Positions 28,800 through 43,585 of a stretch of 64,000 bases of DNA are shown in pieces. The notes below the pieces were generated by a model that was not told where the DNA came from, did not search any database, and saw only the letters and a program-made list of their open reading frames with translations. Within the stretch, counting starts at the first letter, position 1; every line of letters starts with the position of its first letter. Origin of the DNA: Octopus vulgaris (taxonomy: Eukaryota); contig OX597830.1 in assembly GCA_951406725.2 (NCBI GenBank), positions 78,058,001 through 78,122,000 on the forward strand. The letters run 5' to 3'. A program made the position numbers and the translations under genes.

Positions 28800-29190
28800 C
28801 TATAGTCTTTAGGGAGACGTAGGGCCAAGATCCTCAGGCTCCTCCTTCATAAAGTCTTATCGGAAGGAACCGTCATTACGTTTTCAGGCTGGATACCCAA
28901 GTGTGACCCTTTGAGATTATGGATATTATTCAACCATATCGTTCTTGGTCTACCCCTTTCCCTGTTGGATGACTCGGCTTGAAGACTCCGTTTTGTGATT
29001 TTTTTCCTGCGATTTGTCCATAGCACCGGAGCTGTTACATCTCAATACAGAGAAGTAGCAGCTCAACCTGGAGAGATTCTCTGATTCTCCGAGCTAAGCA
29101 CCCTGCAGAGAAATGTTATTCCAGAGATCCATCGGAGAAAACCTATTTCGGCTGTTTGCATTCGCGATCATACTTTTTCAATCACCAAAG
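28800..29190 (-). mobile_element. RTE-clade LINE 3' fragment
   Basis: Minus translation SRMQTAEIGFLRWISGITF resembles the RTE C-terminal xQAAEMxFLRRIxG motif; frameshifted GRPRT region follows. Confidence 0.75.
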
Positions 29191-29789
29191 ACCCAAGTTT
29201 GTAACAGAAACTATTCTTTCATAATTTCAAATGTCGTATATGTATCTTTTATGCGACTGAGAACAATATAAATTGCCACAAATTGCAATTTTCGAAAAAA
29301 AAAAAAACAAAATGAAATCGTAAAAATTTTCTAATATGACGCCATTTTGGAAATCCAGAAGAAAGTAAGAAATTATATATTATGGCGTTATAACAGTCTG
29401 TCGACTCACTTCATAACATATTCTATTTCATGGAATGATGATGGACACAAGTAGGCTTGTATGGTTTGTATTTCATTCTATTTTATCCATTTAAGAAACA
29501 AAAAGATCCGCATCTCAATCATTGACCCACTTCATTCATGGAAATAAATCATCTTTCGAAAAACATGTAATTCGAATCACTTCTATAAATACAGACAGAG
29601 ACGAGCTGAGAGAGAGCTGGTGTGTTTACGTCCTCGTAACTTAGCGGTTTGGCAAAAAAGCCCGATAGAATAAGTACTAGGCTTACAAAGAATAAGTCCT
29701 CGGGTCGATTTGCTCGACTTGAAACAAGTAAAAGAGTATATATAGTCAATTCAAATAAACAAACAGTTCAATAAACGAATTAAAAATCG

Positions 29790-29950
29790 AAAAAAAAAAG
29801 GTAAGTGAGGATATGCACAAGAAATGTATTAGCTTGATGCTCGGTGAAAAGAGAGTGAGAGTTTGACGTTTCGAGGATAGCTCTTCGTCGGAGAGGAGAA
29901 AGGGAAAAGTCCTAGAAAGGAAAAGAAATCGCCAATGGTACACGTGCAGT
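29790..29950 (-). mobile_element. Short Penelope-like repeat (family of 5943-6148)
   Basis: Minus strand ccgacgaagagctatcctcgaaacgtc; shares aaatcgccaa.ggtacac. Confidence 0.6.
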
Positions 29951-30119
29951 TCCATTCATATACACTGACATTTATACAGTTAGACAAATATATCGAGTAA
30001 GGTGGTTTAATAATCAGTGAGTAATGGTGTAAGTGTGCGCGTGCATGTGTATATGTGTGTATGTGTGTGTTTTTGTAGGATAGCTGGTTGTAGGAAGTGG
30101 TAAAGTTGTTAACGTTTGT

Positions 30120-30424
30120 GTTGTTGTTTGTTCCTTCTCGAGCCATACCTGGCTCATAAGGGCCGGTTTCCCGGTTTCCTTGGCGTATAGGCTCCCCACC
30201 TGGACGGGACGCCGGTCCATCACAGGTGAGCTACTAGATGCAGGAGGAAAGAGTGAGAGAAAGTTGAGGAGAGAGTCAGCAGAGGTTCGCCATTACCGTC
30301 TGCCGGCGCCGCGTGGAGCTTAGGTGTTTCACTCATAAACACACACATCGCCCGGTTTGAGATTCGAACCCGCGATCTTTCGATCGCGAGTCCACTGCTC
30401 TAACCACTAGACCATGTGCCTCCA
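30120..30424 (-). mobile_element. tRNA-derived SINE family D (V-domain-like core)
   Basis: Minus strand: tggtctagtggttagagc, ggttcgaatc, cctgtgatggaccggcgtcccgtccagg, (AAC)n tail; homolog at 35446-35720. Confidence 0.85.
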
Positions 30425-30653
30425 TACAACGTTTGTGTAGTGGTAATATTTTTGGCTTTAGTGATGATTGTAGGTAATGGTGATGTGAATTGTGGCGGTG
30501 GTGCTAGTTGCAACCCTGATGGTGATGATTGGAGTTGTGGTCGTAATTTTGGTTGCAATGATGGTGGTGGTGGGGGAGGCCATTGTAATAGTAGTGGTTG
30601 TAGTGATTGTTGGAAGTGGTGGTGATTATGCGGGCAAAGAAATTAGAAGTGGT

Positions 30654-30748
<95 letters not shown>

Positions 30749-30781
30749 CGGTGGTATTATAATTATTATTATTGTTATTAT

Positions 30782-31935
30782 GGATCTTTTCCTTTTGATG
30801 GACGGAATTTTCTAGTTAACTAAACAATTTGAAACTTCTTATACTGGTAGAATGTGTCAAAAGAAAACATTGTAAACAAAATTGAAAACAAAATTGAAAA
30901 CAAAATTGTACTTTGTCAGTTTAACGTAGTTTAATTCTTCGAATTTTAACCAATGAAATCCCAGCATTTGAGCTCAAATCATTTGCTGCGTCTAAAAACT
31001 CACACACACAGGTCTTATTCATCCTTCTCTCTTCTTTCTTCTGCATGTGCTAGAAATAACAGCTATATCTCTTAAATCGATGAATTTCGTCGCCCAATAA
31101 AAATATTAACGATATTTTTTTAATATTTTCTTTATTTTTTTTACTGAAAAGGCTTCTCCCATGGTTTTGAAGGGCCAGAAACAACAAAAATAAAACAATA
31201 ATATGTCTAAATTGGTCGAGAGGGTGCGCATGGAGTGTTGGTCGTATTGTAAAAATTTGCGAAATATTTTTTCATAAAAGGATGCCCCAGCTTGTCGGAG
31301 GCTGTGATATAAATTGGGAAAAATCCTCGACACCAGTGCGTAATTGGTACTTAATTTATCGACCCCGAAACGATGAAACATTGACCACCCCCTTCTGGCT
31401 TATTTACCTTTTGTGTAAATTTGTTGCGGCAAGGGCCAAAACACAGAGGGGACAAAGCTGCGTACGTGTGTGTATGTATATCTCCGTTTGTATGTGTGTG
31501 TACGCTTATATTTTAATTACTATGTGCTTGTGCAAATGTATATGCATGTGTTTGAGAGAGAGAGCGAGAGAGCGAGATAGTGACAGAGTGTGTGTGTGTG
31601 TGTGTGCAAGTGTACGTGTGTATGTATCTGAATATATGTGTGTGCGTCTGCTATGTTTCTTTATCAATATCGATAACGCAGCAAATGATTTGAGTTCAAA
31701 TGCTGGGATTTCATTGGTTAAAATTCGAAGATGCTGGGATTTCATTGGTTAAAATTCGAAGATGCTGGGATTTCATTGGTTAAAATTCGAAGAATTAAAC
31801 TACGTTAAACTTACAAATTACAATTTTGTTTTCAATTTTGTTTACAATGTTTTCTTTTGACACATTCTACCAGTATACGAAGTTTCAAATTGTTTAGTTA
31901 ACTAGAAAATTCCGTCCATCAAAAGGAAAAGATCC
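30782..31935. mobile_element. Non-autonomous DNA transposon with ~210-260-bp TIRs and 8-bp TSD (Merlin-like), copy 3
   Basis: 30782-30990 is nearly the exact reverse complement of 31676-31935; GTTATTAT at 30774-30781 and 31936-31943; a 30-bp unit is triplicated in the right TIR. Confidence 0.85.
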
Positions 31936-32780
31936 GTTATTATTAGTTGTTGTTGTTGTTGTATCAGTAGTGGTGGTGGTGGAGGTGGTTGTAGCTATGA
32001 TAGTGGTTGTGGTGGTGGCTGTGGTAGTGGTGGTAGTAGAAGTAGTAGTGGTGGTGGTGGTGATGGTGGTAGAGTAGAATTAGTAGTAGAAATTGTTGTA
32101 ATGGTATCAGTGGTGGCGGTGGTCGTAATAGTAGCAGCAATAATAGCACTAGTGGTAGTGATGGTGGTGGTGGTGGTTGTGGTATATCTTGTTTATGGCA
32201 TGGCATTGGTGTTAGTGGTGGTTTCCGAGGCGGCGGTGGTGGTGGTAGTGGTAGTGGTGGTGATAGTGGCAATGGTGACGGTGGCGGTACCGATGTCGTT
32301 CATATGTCGAGCCGATAGTGGTGATGGTGTTTTCGAGTGGCGTTGTCGGCGATAGAAATGTTTGTGAAGGAGTTAGTAGTGGTGGATGGTGAGGTATGAC
32401 GTGGTATGGCGTGGTATGGCGTGGTATGTACTGGTGTGGTGCTGGCGGTTTTGGTCAAGAAGTAATGAAACATACTGTCCTCAAAACAAGCTCCCAACTT
32501 TTTAATCAGTCTACAAGTAAACTATTCTAGATATACGCTTTGATGAACAGAGAATTCTCACCGACTAGACACGCTTTAGTGGTCAGCAGACGGCCAAATA
32601 GCCTTCTGTAAACAGACTCTCGATCTGTACTAATTTGGCGCCTGACCAACAACAGCTGGACATTGCAAACACGGGGAGGTTGACCGTTAAAGCGTGGGCA
32701 ATAGACGTTTGAAAACACCGCCATCGACACTCCGGTGTGGATGTGTCTACACTAGTAATTAATCAGGGCTGTGCGTGTGT

Positions 32781-32824
<44 letters not shown>

Positions 32825-32861
32825 CTGCATGTATGTATATGCACATATACATATAAACGCA

Positions 32862-32905
<44 letters not shown>

Positions 32906-33043
32906 CATACACACATATATATATATACATATACATATGGACGTACACATATGTGATACTATGTTACGTGTATACATACATACACACACATGTATATAGT
33001 GAGAGATATAGATAGATTGCGTGTGTGTGTATATTCGTAGTAT

Positions 33044-33074
<31 letters not shown>

Positions 33075-33148
33075 GTTGTTTCTATATTGCTAGATAGCAA
33101 TTAATCATTTTCAACGTAAATACATTGTGTGTCTGAGTGTGTGTGTGT

Positions 33149-33181
<33 letters not shown>

Positions 33182-34364
33182 TACATGCATACATATATAA
33201 TATTATATATGTATTATATATATGTAGGTTTGAGTATTTGTATGTGTGTGTTTCTGTATATTTTCTTTATACATTTAAGCATACACGCATATTTGTTTAC
33301 ACGCGTATACATATGTGTATATATAAACATACACATATATACATGTACATGCATACACATACGCACACCGAGACATATATATATATATTACAACTTCACT
33401 TTGTTATATATATATGGGAAGCTACGGAATACATGGCGTAGAGTACAGCTAAACATATTCGGATGTTGGCACCGTTTGCCGGTTATTGGAGTTTCGTTAA
33501 AGTTCGATCAATTGGATATATAACTCATCCAGGGTGTAAGTAGGATAGTGGTTTTAATGTTGTTTGTGGTGCAATATGTATGCACCTGTAGTATATATGA
33601 ATGTATGTGAGTAAACGTATTGTGTGTGCGTGCTGAGTGTATAAATAGGGAAATAGATCGGAATATCAAAAAGAATATTCAATCAACTTCATGTGAATCT
33701 CCTTCAGAGAGGCAGAAAAAATCTTAGTAAGAAGGTTTATCGAAATTTGTATAGCAAATTATAGATAGAAACACGAGCTACATAATAATATTGAAGATAT
33801 GTAAATTAAACAGTCCTTATGTTAATGGAACGATGCTGTTTGTGTATTGCAGAGAAGTATAATATCTTAGGAATATTTCGGAGAATAGCATTACCTCCAA
33901 AAATTTACGTTAAAATTCGGGTATCCAAGAGAGCCTACTGAGATTTTGACCTGGGTGACCATAAAGGTGACTTTTTCTCAAAGTATTACATACAACTACT
34001 ATACTACTTTAAACGGAGAACTACATAACATCCGTCTTCTAATCGGTCCTACGTGAACCGTTACTCTTTCTTCTATGGGCACAAACTTGAAATTTTGGGT
34101 TGGGAAAGTGACTATATTTAAGTGAATGTGCATGCATATATCTGTGTTGTATAAGTGTATCGTATACCTAAAATTAACCCTATTGAATGCAACACTTCTA
34201 ACCAGTACGCTAGGCAATTTCACGTATAGCTATGTATATATACATATGCATATATTTATGTATATGTATGCACGTATATAAGCATACACACATAAATACA
34301 TACCTATGTGCGTACATATTCGTGTATATTTATATGTATATATTTGCTCAGTGAGTTGTATTGT

Positions 34365-34402
<38 letters not shown>

Positions 34403-34928
34403 TTTCATTTTAATGTACTGTATGCATACGTTCGTGTGTGAGCGAGCAGAACATTTTGGACGATTGACGAGGAAACACTTCACGTATGAGATCAATGTTT
34501 CCGGTCCAACACCCGGTTACGAGATCTGGTCACTCCGGTATTGTTACTTCAACAAAACAACGTCGCTTTCTCCCTTCTTTGAACACGTGATCGACATATT
34601 CAACTATAACAATTTTTTTGTTTATTTATTCATCATTTATTTTGTATGTGTGTGTGCGTGTGTGTGTGTATTTGTGTTGCTATCTTTGTGAATTCTGTAA
34701 ATCATTTCTCTGTTATTCCGTTAACATTACCGACGTACAGATCTTTCTGTCTCTTCCCGCCCCCTCTCTCTCTCTCTCTTTCTCTTTATATATATATATT
34801 AATTGTTTCATTTGGCCTCAGGCTATAGTAGAAGACATTTGGCCAAGGTGTAACGCAGATGGACTGAACTCAGAACAACGTGGTTGGGAAGCAACCTTTT
34901 CATCATAAACACACACCTGCGCCTACAT

Positions 34929-35025
<97 letters not shown>

Positions 35026-35029
35026 TTTG

Positions 35030-35323
35030 TGGAGGCGCAATGGCCCAGTGGTTAGGGCAGCGGACTCGCGGTCATAGGATCACGATTTCGATTCCCAGAC
35101 CGGACGTTGAGCGAAAACACCTAAAAGCTCCACGAGCCTCCGGCAGGGGTCGTGATCCCTGCTGTACTCTTTCACCACTCTTTCTCCCACTCTTTCTTCT
35201 GTTGGCCTGCTCGCTTAGCCAGCGGGGTGGCTAAGCGTCGTTCGAAGGCTAAAACAATGTGAAGCGCATTGTGACCAGCGATGTGTAACATCTGATGGAC
35301 TGGTCGGTCACGTGATCACGTGA
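35030..35323 (+). mobile_element. tRNA-derived SINE family C
   Basis: tggcccagtggttagggc A-box, ttcgattccc B-box, gcgcattgtgaccagcgatgtgt tail. Confidence 0.85.
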
Positions 35324-35445
35324 TATACATACATACATACAGACATACATATCGCTGCCGTCATCGGGATGTAGAATCTCTTTTAGATCGGTGAACTTCG
35401 CAGCAGATAAGGCTATGAATAATGCCGTGTAAATACAGGTTTAGT

Positions 35446-35720
35446 GGAGGCTAGAGCAGCGGACTGGCGGTCGCGAAATCACGGGCGATGTGTGTGTTTA
35501 TGAGCGAAACACTTAAGTTCCACGCGGCTCCGGCAGAAGGTAATTGCGAACTTTTGCTGACTCTTTCGCCACAACTTTCTCTCAGTCTTTCCTCCTGTAT
35601 TTTGCAGCTCACCTGCGACGGATCGGCGTCCCGTCCAGGTGGGGAACCCCTACGTTAATGAAACCAGGAAACCAACCCTTATGAGCCAGGCGTGGCTGGA
35701 GAAAGAACAAACAGCAACAA
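35446..35720 (+). mobile_element. SINE family D
   Basis: Homologous to 30120-30424. Confidence 0.8.
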
Positions 35721-35878
35721 ATATTGAGTTAAAACCTTTTGGCATAGAAAATGTCCGACGAACAGCCTTCAACTTTTCTATCCAAAGGGTTTTTCTTTTG
35801 CCCAGTATTTATGAGGCACTGATTCACCTACTTCGAGATTCACCTTTCCCCAAAACGAATAATATACATATGTTTGTG

Positions 35879-35919
<41 letters not shown>

Positions 35920-36307
35920 TGTGTCATTATTCAGTTCTATTTCAAGATTTCTTGCCAATAGAGAAAGAGCTGGTATCTAACCTAGATCCAAAGCACCACC
36001 ATTGGAATTTCAACATCAACAACAGGATATTTTTGTATGCATATAGAGATATTTGTATGTTTTGTTTTATGTATTCTCATGCATATACTTGTATATCTTG
36101 ACATGCTCAGATATACTTAAATGAAAAACTTCTAGAAAGTTATACAGATTTTTACTGTTCCACTGATGGATTGGTTCTGTAGTATTCAATCAGCTTTCTG
36201 CTTTCACTGTTTTGAGAAACCTAATTTCTCAAGATTGGTATTTAGACAGTATATGTATGTATGTATGTATGTATTTATGTATGTATGTATGTATGTATGT
36301 ATGTATA

Positions 36308-36504
36308 CTCTTTTAATTGTTTCAGTCATTTGACTGCGGCCATGCTGGAGCACTGCCTTTAGTCGAGCAAATCGACCCCAGGACTTATTCTTTATAAGCC
36401 TAGTACTTGTTCTATCGGTCTCTTGTGCCGAACTGCTAAGTGACGGGGACGTAAACACACCAGCATCGGTTGTCAAGCGATATTGGGGGTGGACAAACAC
36501 ACAC

Positions 36505-36543
<39 letters not shown>

Positions 36544-36688
36544 TACATATACGTCGGGCTTCTTTTCAGTTTCCGTGTACTAAATCCACTCACAAGGCTT
36601 TGGTCGGCCCGAGGCTATAGTAGAAGACACATGCCCAAGGTTCCACGCAGTGGGACTGAGCCTGGAACCACACAGCCACTCCTGCACC
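36308..36688 (-). mobile_element. SINE family B
   Basis: High similarity to the reverse complement of 43586-43970. Confidence 0.9.
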
Positions 36689-36720
<32 letters not shown>

Positions 36721-37380
36721 TGTATGTATGTATGTATGTATGTATGTATGTATGTATGTATGTATGAACTGACCGTTACATGTGTTCATCATCTTCGTCT
36801 CGGTTTCATCAGATTACAGTCTTTTCGTCTGGCCCAGCGTGGAGGCAAGGATATTTGTCAGGCTGAGTGTCGTGTTGTGAATTATATCTCGACAACGAAA
36901 CAGTGAGAAGAGACTTTTGGTAAACATATACATACATACACTACATATACATACATTCATTCATATATATTTATATATATATATATGGAGCGAGAGAAGG
37001 GGAGGAGGAGAGGTCGGGGAAGAGGGGGAGAGAGAGAACAAGAGAGGCGGGGAGCAATAAATGGACGATGAGTTTCTACTTGAAGCCCCATGAATCCACG
37101 TGATGTTGCTACAAGTACTTGACTAGCTTTATCTGATTAATCCACAGGCTCTCGGTTCGAGTTTTAGCTTACTGTGCTTCTGTTTGTATATGTTTGTGTG
37201 TGAGTATGTGTGTGTATGTGCGTGTGTGTATGCGTGCGTGTTTTTGTGCGAATGCATCTGTTGGTTTGTTAAAATGTGTATGCGCGTATGTATATACATA
37301 CATGCACATACTTACATACACACTCATATGCTTATGTATATGTATAATCATATACATACATACATATATATATATATATG

Positions 37381-37426
<46 letters not shown>

Positions 37427-37684
37427 CATCTATTAACATTAATATATAAGCTAATGTATATTCGTATATATGCATATACATAAACATACACTTATACATA
37501 TACATACATGTATATAAGCATATATATGTTTATACATACATATATATATATGTATATATATATATATACATATATATACACACATAAATACATATATATA
37601 TGTATATATACATACATATATATATATATATATATACATATATACATATATATGTGTGTATATATATATGTATATATATACATG

Positions 37685-37754
<70 letters not shown>

Positions 37755-39390
37755 TATATATAGTTATTTTTGTTGAATGATAACCTGCCATTTTAAGCAA
37801 CATAAATGTCACTATCATCATCACAATCTACACCACTACCTCACACCCTATAGCAGCACAACGACTATCACCGCCACCACCATCATCGCCTCCAACGCCA
37901 TCCCCTTATTTTCTTCCTATTGTCATTCCTTACAAACACATTTCCCCCCCAGAGATCATCGCCGCCACACCCTCTCTACCATCACCACCACCATCATCAC
38001 CATCACCATCACCATCACCATCACCGTAACCTTCATCAACATCGCCGCCGCCGCCACCATCACCATCACCACCACCACCACCACCACCACCACCACCACC
38101 ACCAGTGTTGTACACTATCGCCATCAACGAAAAGATATAATCTATTTGACAAAGCCCTCTCGCTTTCCCTTCCCTTGTGCCTATATACCCATACTCCGGT
38201 CTACCCTAAAAATTTGAGCGGTTACTGTATGTATTGCACTGATGATGACATTATACACGTAGATAATGTCACATCAACTTAGTTAAAAACTGATAAATCA
38301 TATATTAACAATAACAACAACAACAACAACAGCAGCTACCATAGCAGATACACATAATATTAATAATAACAATAATAATAAAACGAACCAATGTGAGTTC
38401 CCCCACTGGGGCTGCTTGATCTATTAGAAATGATAGACAAATATCCCTCAAATTACACCCAATGTTATAGAGAAGATAACTGTCTGTGTCGTGTGTGTGT
38501 GAGTGTGTATCTGCCAGTGTATCTGTCTGTATATACATATATACTTATAGATACATACATAGTATTAAACATGTACAGGAACCAGGATGACAGAGACTTC
38601 GAAGTTTTGCCTTTACTGGACTGTCCTATGTTTGCTCGCAGGTCAATACTTCAAAGCCACAGTAAGCTCTCTACTTGCAGGTGTTTAAAAAACATGCAAT
38701 CTACCAAAAAATACTAAGTTTTCACTTCAATACGAAAATTTTATATAATGCCGGACCTAAACACACACACACACACACACAAGACGGGCTTTTCAGTTTC
38801 CGACTTCCAAATCCACTCGCAAGGCTTTGCTCGGACCGAGGCTGTAGTAGAATACATTTGCTCAAAGTGCTACGTAGTTGAAGTGAACCCGGAACTATGC
38901 CGTGAGGAAGTAAACTTCTTACCACACAGCCACGCCTATATAATGTGTGTGTGTGTGTGTGTATAGGAGTTAAGGAATGGAGTAATTAAAATCTGGGCTA
39001 CATATGTCTCATAGTGAGCGGAACCTCGGAAGTGGTAAATATCCAAGTGAAGTGTATACCGCAGGCTATTCTTCAGGCCAAGGATATCTTGATTAAAGGA
39101 TATCTTGATTTTTTTTGTGCAGTTTATCTTACTTCGATACGAAAAAAAAAAAAAAGCCACAACCTTCCGTCTCAATAAACCACCACTGTCCCTGAAAGTT
39201 GTTTTTTTATATATACTACGGACTGGTTGACGCTAACTTTCTTCCTACAGCTCGATCCTTGAATCCTATATTTAAATATATATATATATATACATATACA
39301 CGCACACACATATATATATATACATACATATATATATGTATATACATACAAACATATATAGATATGTATGTATGCATGTATGTATATATG

Positions 39391-39513
<123 letters not shown>

Positions 39514-40609
39514 CTTACTTGGAGAAGAAGACGACGCGTGCGTTCAGTCATATAATAACAATTTAATAAATAAAACGTATGCATTTTTCGTGGGAAGGAC
39601 TGTTTCAGGGTAGCCGCGTTCTGCTCTTACCTTCGAAACACGCATTGAGCCGAAACAAAGGCAGTTGAAGAAGGGGAATGTTCCCTCTGTTGTTTGTCTT
39701 GTACTCTGTTTTTTTCGTTGTTAAAAAAAGTTTGTTTCCTTGTTTTGTTTCTATGTTTTCGTTTCTCGTTGTGTTCTACGTGTATTTGTGGTGTCCTGTA
39801 CCCATATATGCATGTATATATACATATAGATGCAGGTATTTACATAAATGTATGTATGTATGTATATGTTTTATTTATTAAATTGTCATTATATATATAT
39901 ATATATATGGCGGTGCCCCAGCATGGCCACAGCTCGTGAGATGAAACTAGATAAAATAAAATATATATATATATAGATATATAAAATACCCTGTTTGTGT
40001 GTGACCTCAATGCACGCTCAAACTGCTGGATCAATCTGTACCATACTTGAGATACATGAATAATTTGACACTGGGAAGAATAATACGGTCTTGATTTATT
40101 TTATTATTGTTATTATTATTATTAAAAATAAATAATATTGCTCTCTATATAAAGATTCACTTCTTCAAATCATTTTCCTAACTTCCTGTGTTTAAACTTC
40201 CTGTCTTTGGTGTCCTGACCAACTATTTTTGCACACACGTATGTATACATCACTACAGTTATGACGTTTTATGATGAAAAAGAATGTCTGAATGTACTTT
40301 CATGTCAAAAAAAAATTCCATACGGAGAGAGACACCTTTTTCCTAATTAATTAAATGAGGTAGTGCAGATTGTACATTGATTTTCCAATACATTTTTCGA
40401 ACATTTCTTGAACAATACTTGGTATTTTGGAATAAGACTTGAAAATACACATTTAAATCCCATGTGATTATTCTTGGCACAAATCGACTTATTAACACTT
40501 TCACTAAACTGTTTTGTCAATATCAACACAGTAACTAAATAACCAGCTATTTGCACACACACACAAGTATGTATACATCATTACAGTTGTGACGATTTCA
40601 GATGAAAAA

Positions 40610-41020
40610 TTCCTTGACACTCTCATTGATCAGGACCAGGCTGTAGTTTTTCCAACTGAGTTCCTGAACTCTCTACAGCTATCTGGGATGCTACCTCACC
40701 ACTTAACTCTTGGAAAGGGGGCCCCAGTCATGCTGCTCAGGAATTTGCAATGGCACCAGACTGTTGGTAAAAACGATGCGACCCCATGTCCTAGAGGCGA
40801 CAATTGACTTGGAACTATAAAGGTGAGGATGTCTTCATTCCACGGATCCCGTTTACCCCATATGACCCCCCATTTAAACTTAAACGGTTCCAGTTCCCAG
40901 TAAAACTAAGTTTCGCTATGTCAAAAAACAAGTTTCAAGGACAGTTTCTCAAGGTTGTTGGACTTCACTTTGCTTCTCCCATGGGCAATTATATGCAGGA
41001 TGTTCGCGAGTTGGAAGTTC
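40610..41020 (+). pseudogene. PIF1-like helicase C-terminal fragment, Helitron-derived
   Basis: FPTEFLNSLQLSGMLPHHLTLGKGAPVMLLRNL...GEDVFIPRIP...KRFQFPVKLSFAMSKNKFQGQ; frameshifted. Confidence 0.9.
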
Positions 41021-41329
41021 TCCAAATCTTTTCATTTATATCGTATATTTAGGTCTAGATAATTAAGCCGTGATTGATTTCCGGATTTGTTTCAATGCAT
41101 TTGTTTATACTCATGTTGTCTGATAGAAATTTTGTTAAATGTACACTGCGAAATGGTTGATTCAAATATATTAAGCCTTCATTTATCCTCTCAAGACTCT
41201 TTTCTTTTCTTTTCTTTTATTTGATATAGTTTTCTTCACTCTGATGAAGCTCCATGTTCCAGATCGGATATGCTATAGAATATAACGAATATTATTCTCA
41301 GTCTACCGGTTTTATGTCTGCACATACTT

Positions 41330-41788
41330 GGCGTAAGAGCAAGGCGCCAGGGGCTGCTTTCGACAGAGGGAGAGACCATTGGGCCTCACTGGACAGCTAG
41401 AGCCCGCCTCAAGCTGGGAAGCCTCCAGACAGTTAGGTGATGTCCCATCACAGCCCAGCTGCTCCAATGGGTGCGTGGAGCTTAGGGAATCTAACACCCC
41501 GAATCGGAAGCTGTAAACATTGCACCAAGTAAAATAAACAAAGAAGCAAACAACGCAAGAAACCAATATTCAGACTTGGATGTTGGAACGTAAGGACTAT
41601 GACAACTGGTCAGTCAGAGGATCTTCAAAAGATCAGCAACACATGCAGGACGAACAGTGATCAACAACGAACTGCTACAGCTCTGAATGGACATTGCAAC
41701 ACTCCAGGGAATGAGGCTAGTAGATTCTTGGACCCTTCGAGACAGAGAGTATATCTTTTTCTGGCAAGAGAAAGGCATAGATGAAGCC
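41330..41788 (+). mobile_element. RTE/BovB-like LINE 5' fragment (UTR plus AP-endonuclease N-terminus)
   Basis: Frameshifted translation CWNVRTM...VINNELL...MDIATLQ...RL...YIFFWQ; cut off at the (TAA)n tract holding the 560-bp repeat. Confidence 0.8.
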
Positions 41789-41804
41789 TAATTATTATTA
41801 TTAT

Positions 41805-42360
41805 TGAGTGAGAGAGCAGTTCATGCCATCAAAGTGACACTGGGGTAAAATATACGAAGCCCAATATACCCATCATGACTACCCGTCTGATAAGGGTACA
41901 CCAGGCACATGCATCACAACCATATGTGCGCGACATGGTGATCTCATATCAAGATAAACAGCACATGACCTTGCAGGTGGGGCCCAGTTAGAATTTTCTT
42001 CAGGTTGAGTAGCCCATCCCGCTCAAAAGGTCCCTGAATAAGGGTTGTTTAAGGATGTTGAAAGAATCACCCATGTTTCCAGAGGTGAATTATTCAAACC
42101 CCAAAGAATCCCTCTCAACACATGGCTATGATGCTCCCCCACTACTTCTGCTCGTGATCAGAGATGCACATATCGTCAGCCACTAAGGGACATGCTCAAC
42201 TGGTTAAGGTCAAGCAACTGACAAGCAAATCTGTGGTATTGAGCAGAATATTTGCTGTAGCCCATGTTTTATACCAAGACAAAACAATGTACATGATAAC
42301 ACTTCCAATCAGTTAAGATCAGAAGCCATGAGAGCCACTGCCTGGTACTGCATCAGGGCA
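41805..42360. mobile_element. ~560-bp dispersed repeat, copy 1, inside (TTA)n
   Basis: Colinear with 59625-60163; (TTA)n on both sides. Confidence 0.85.
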
Positions 42361-42438
<78 letters not shown>

Positions 42439-43074
42439 ATTATTAGCGTTAAGCTTATAAGCGACCACCGTGTATTGGCTTAAGAAAATAGATCTCGATG
42501 GGAAAATGTGGGTATTGGTACGCATGGGATCGTTCTTTTGATTGTGTCTATATTTTCTCCCTTCAACGCTCAACAACCAGTGCTGGATTATTGAAGCCCT
42601 CGTGATCTAGTGATTCGGAAAAAGGGACCGATAGAATGAGTGACGATCTGAGAAGAATAAATAGTGGAGTCGATTTATTCGAGTAAACCCTTCAAAGAGG
42701 TGCCCCAGCATGGCCGTGTAGTTCAACAACTGAAATAAGTAAGAGATAACGATAAGGTTAAGATAAATACGTACATACGTGTGTGTGTGTGTGTGTGTGT
42801 GTATTTGTGTGTGTGTGTATGTGTGTGTGTGCAACGTAAAGTGAAATATAGCAAAATTACATAATAAACAAGATAAAAAAAAGAAGAAAAAAAACAATAT
42901 AAATGATAAAATTCTATAGCTCCTACATCATATCTGAGACATCACACGTGTGCCCTACCTTATTTCATCCAAGAAAACGCTATATGAAAAAAATAGAAAA
43001 TTAAAAACGAGTACCTACACATGTCTACATATATGTGTATATAATGTTATGATATATAAACAAAAGCGCTCAAT

Positions 43075-43147
<73 letters not shown>

Positions 43148-43585
43148 TGTCTGTATCCGTGCGGTTGTGTGCATGTTTCGAAATACACACAATATATATA
43201 GAAATGTGGAATTTCACACCAGCTGAATGAACTTGATGCACCGAGGTTACAGATAACAAATAATGGTTATCTTACTATGAGGTGGCGAATACACTTCATT
43301 TTCGAGATAAGATCTTAAAAACAGAAGAGGAAATAAAAAAATGAAATAAATATGAAAACAGAAAAAAAAAAACTGCAATTTCAGATCTCAACCGTCACCC
43401 CCTTATCCTCACTACTCACATCCCTGCTCCAGCTCCACCGTATCAGACACGATTTGTCTCAGCTGAACTCGATACGTCTCGGGTTCAATTCCACGTTGCT
43501 CGTTTCCTTGTTTCGTTTAATATTTGTGTGAGAAGGTAATGGGTATATGTGCATATATGTCTATGTTTATATGTATATATCTATA

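Noticed and set aside
31703-31795. 30-bp repeats x3, superficially CRISPR-like
   Set aside because: No spacers; a tandem duplication inside a transposon TIR in eukaryotic DNA
38234-38278. tattgcac (miR-92 seed) next to a small hairpin tgacattat/ataatgtca
   Set aside because: Only the seed matches, it lies outside the stem, and the stem is too short for a pre-miRNA
40589-41052. Host PIF1 helicase gene
   Set aside because: Intronless, frameshifted, C-terminal part only; typical Helitron RepHel remnant
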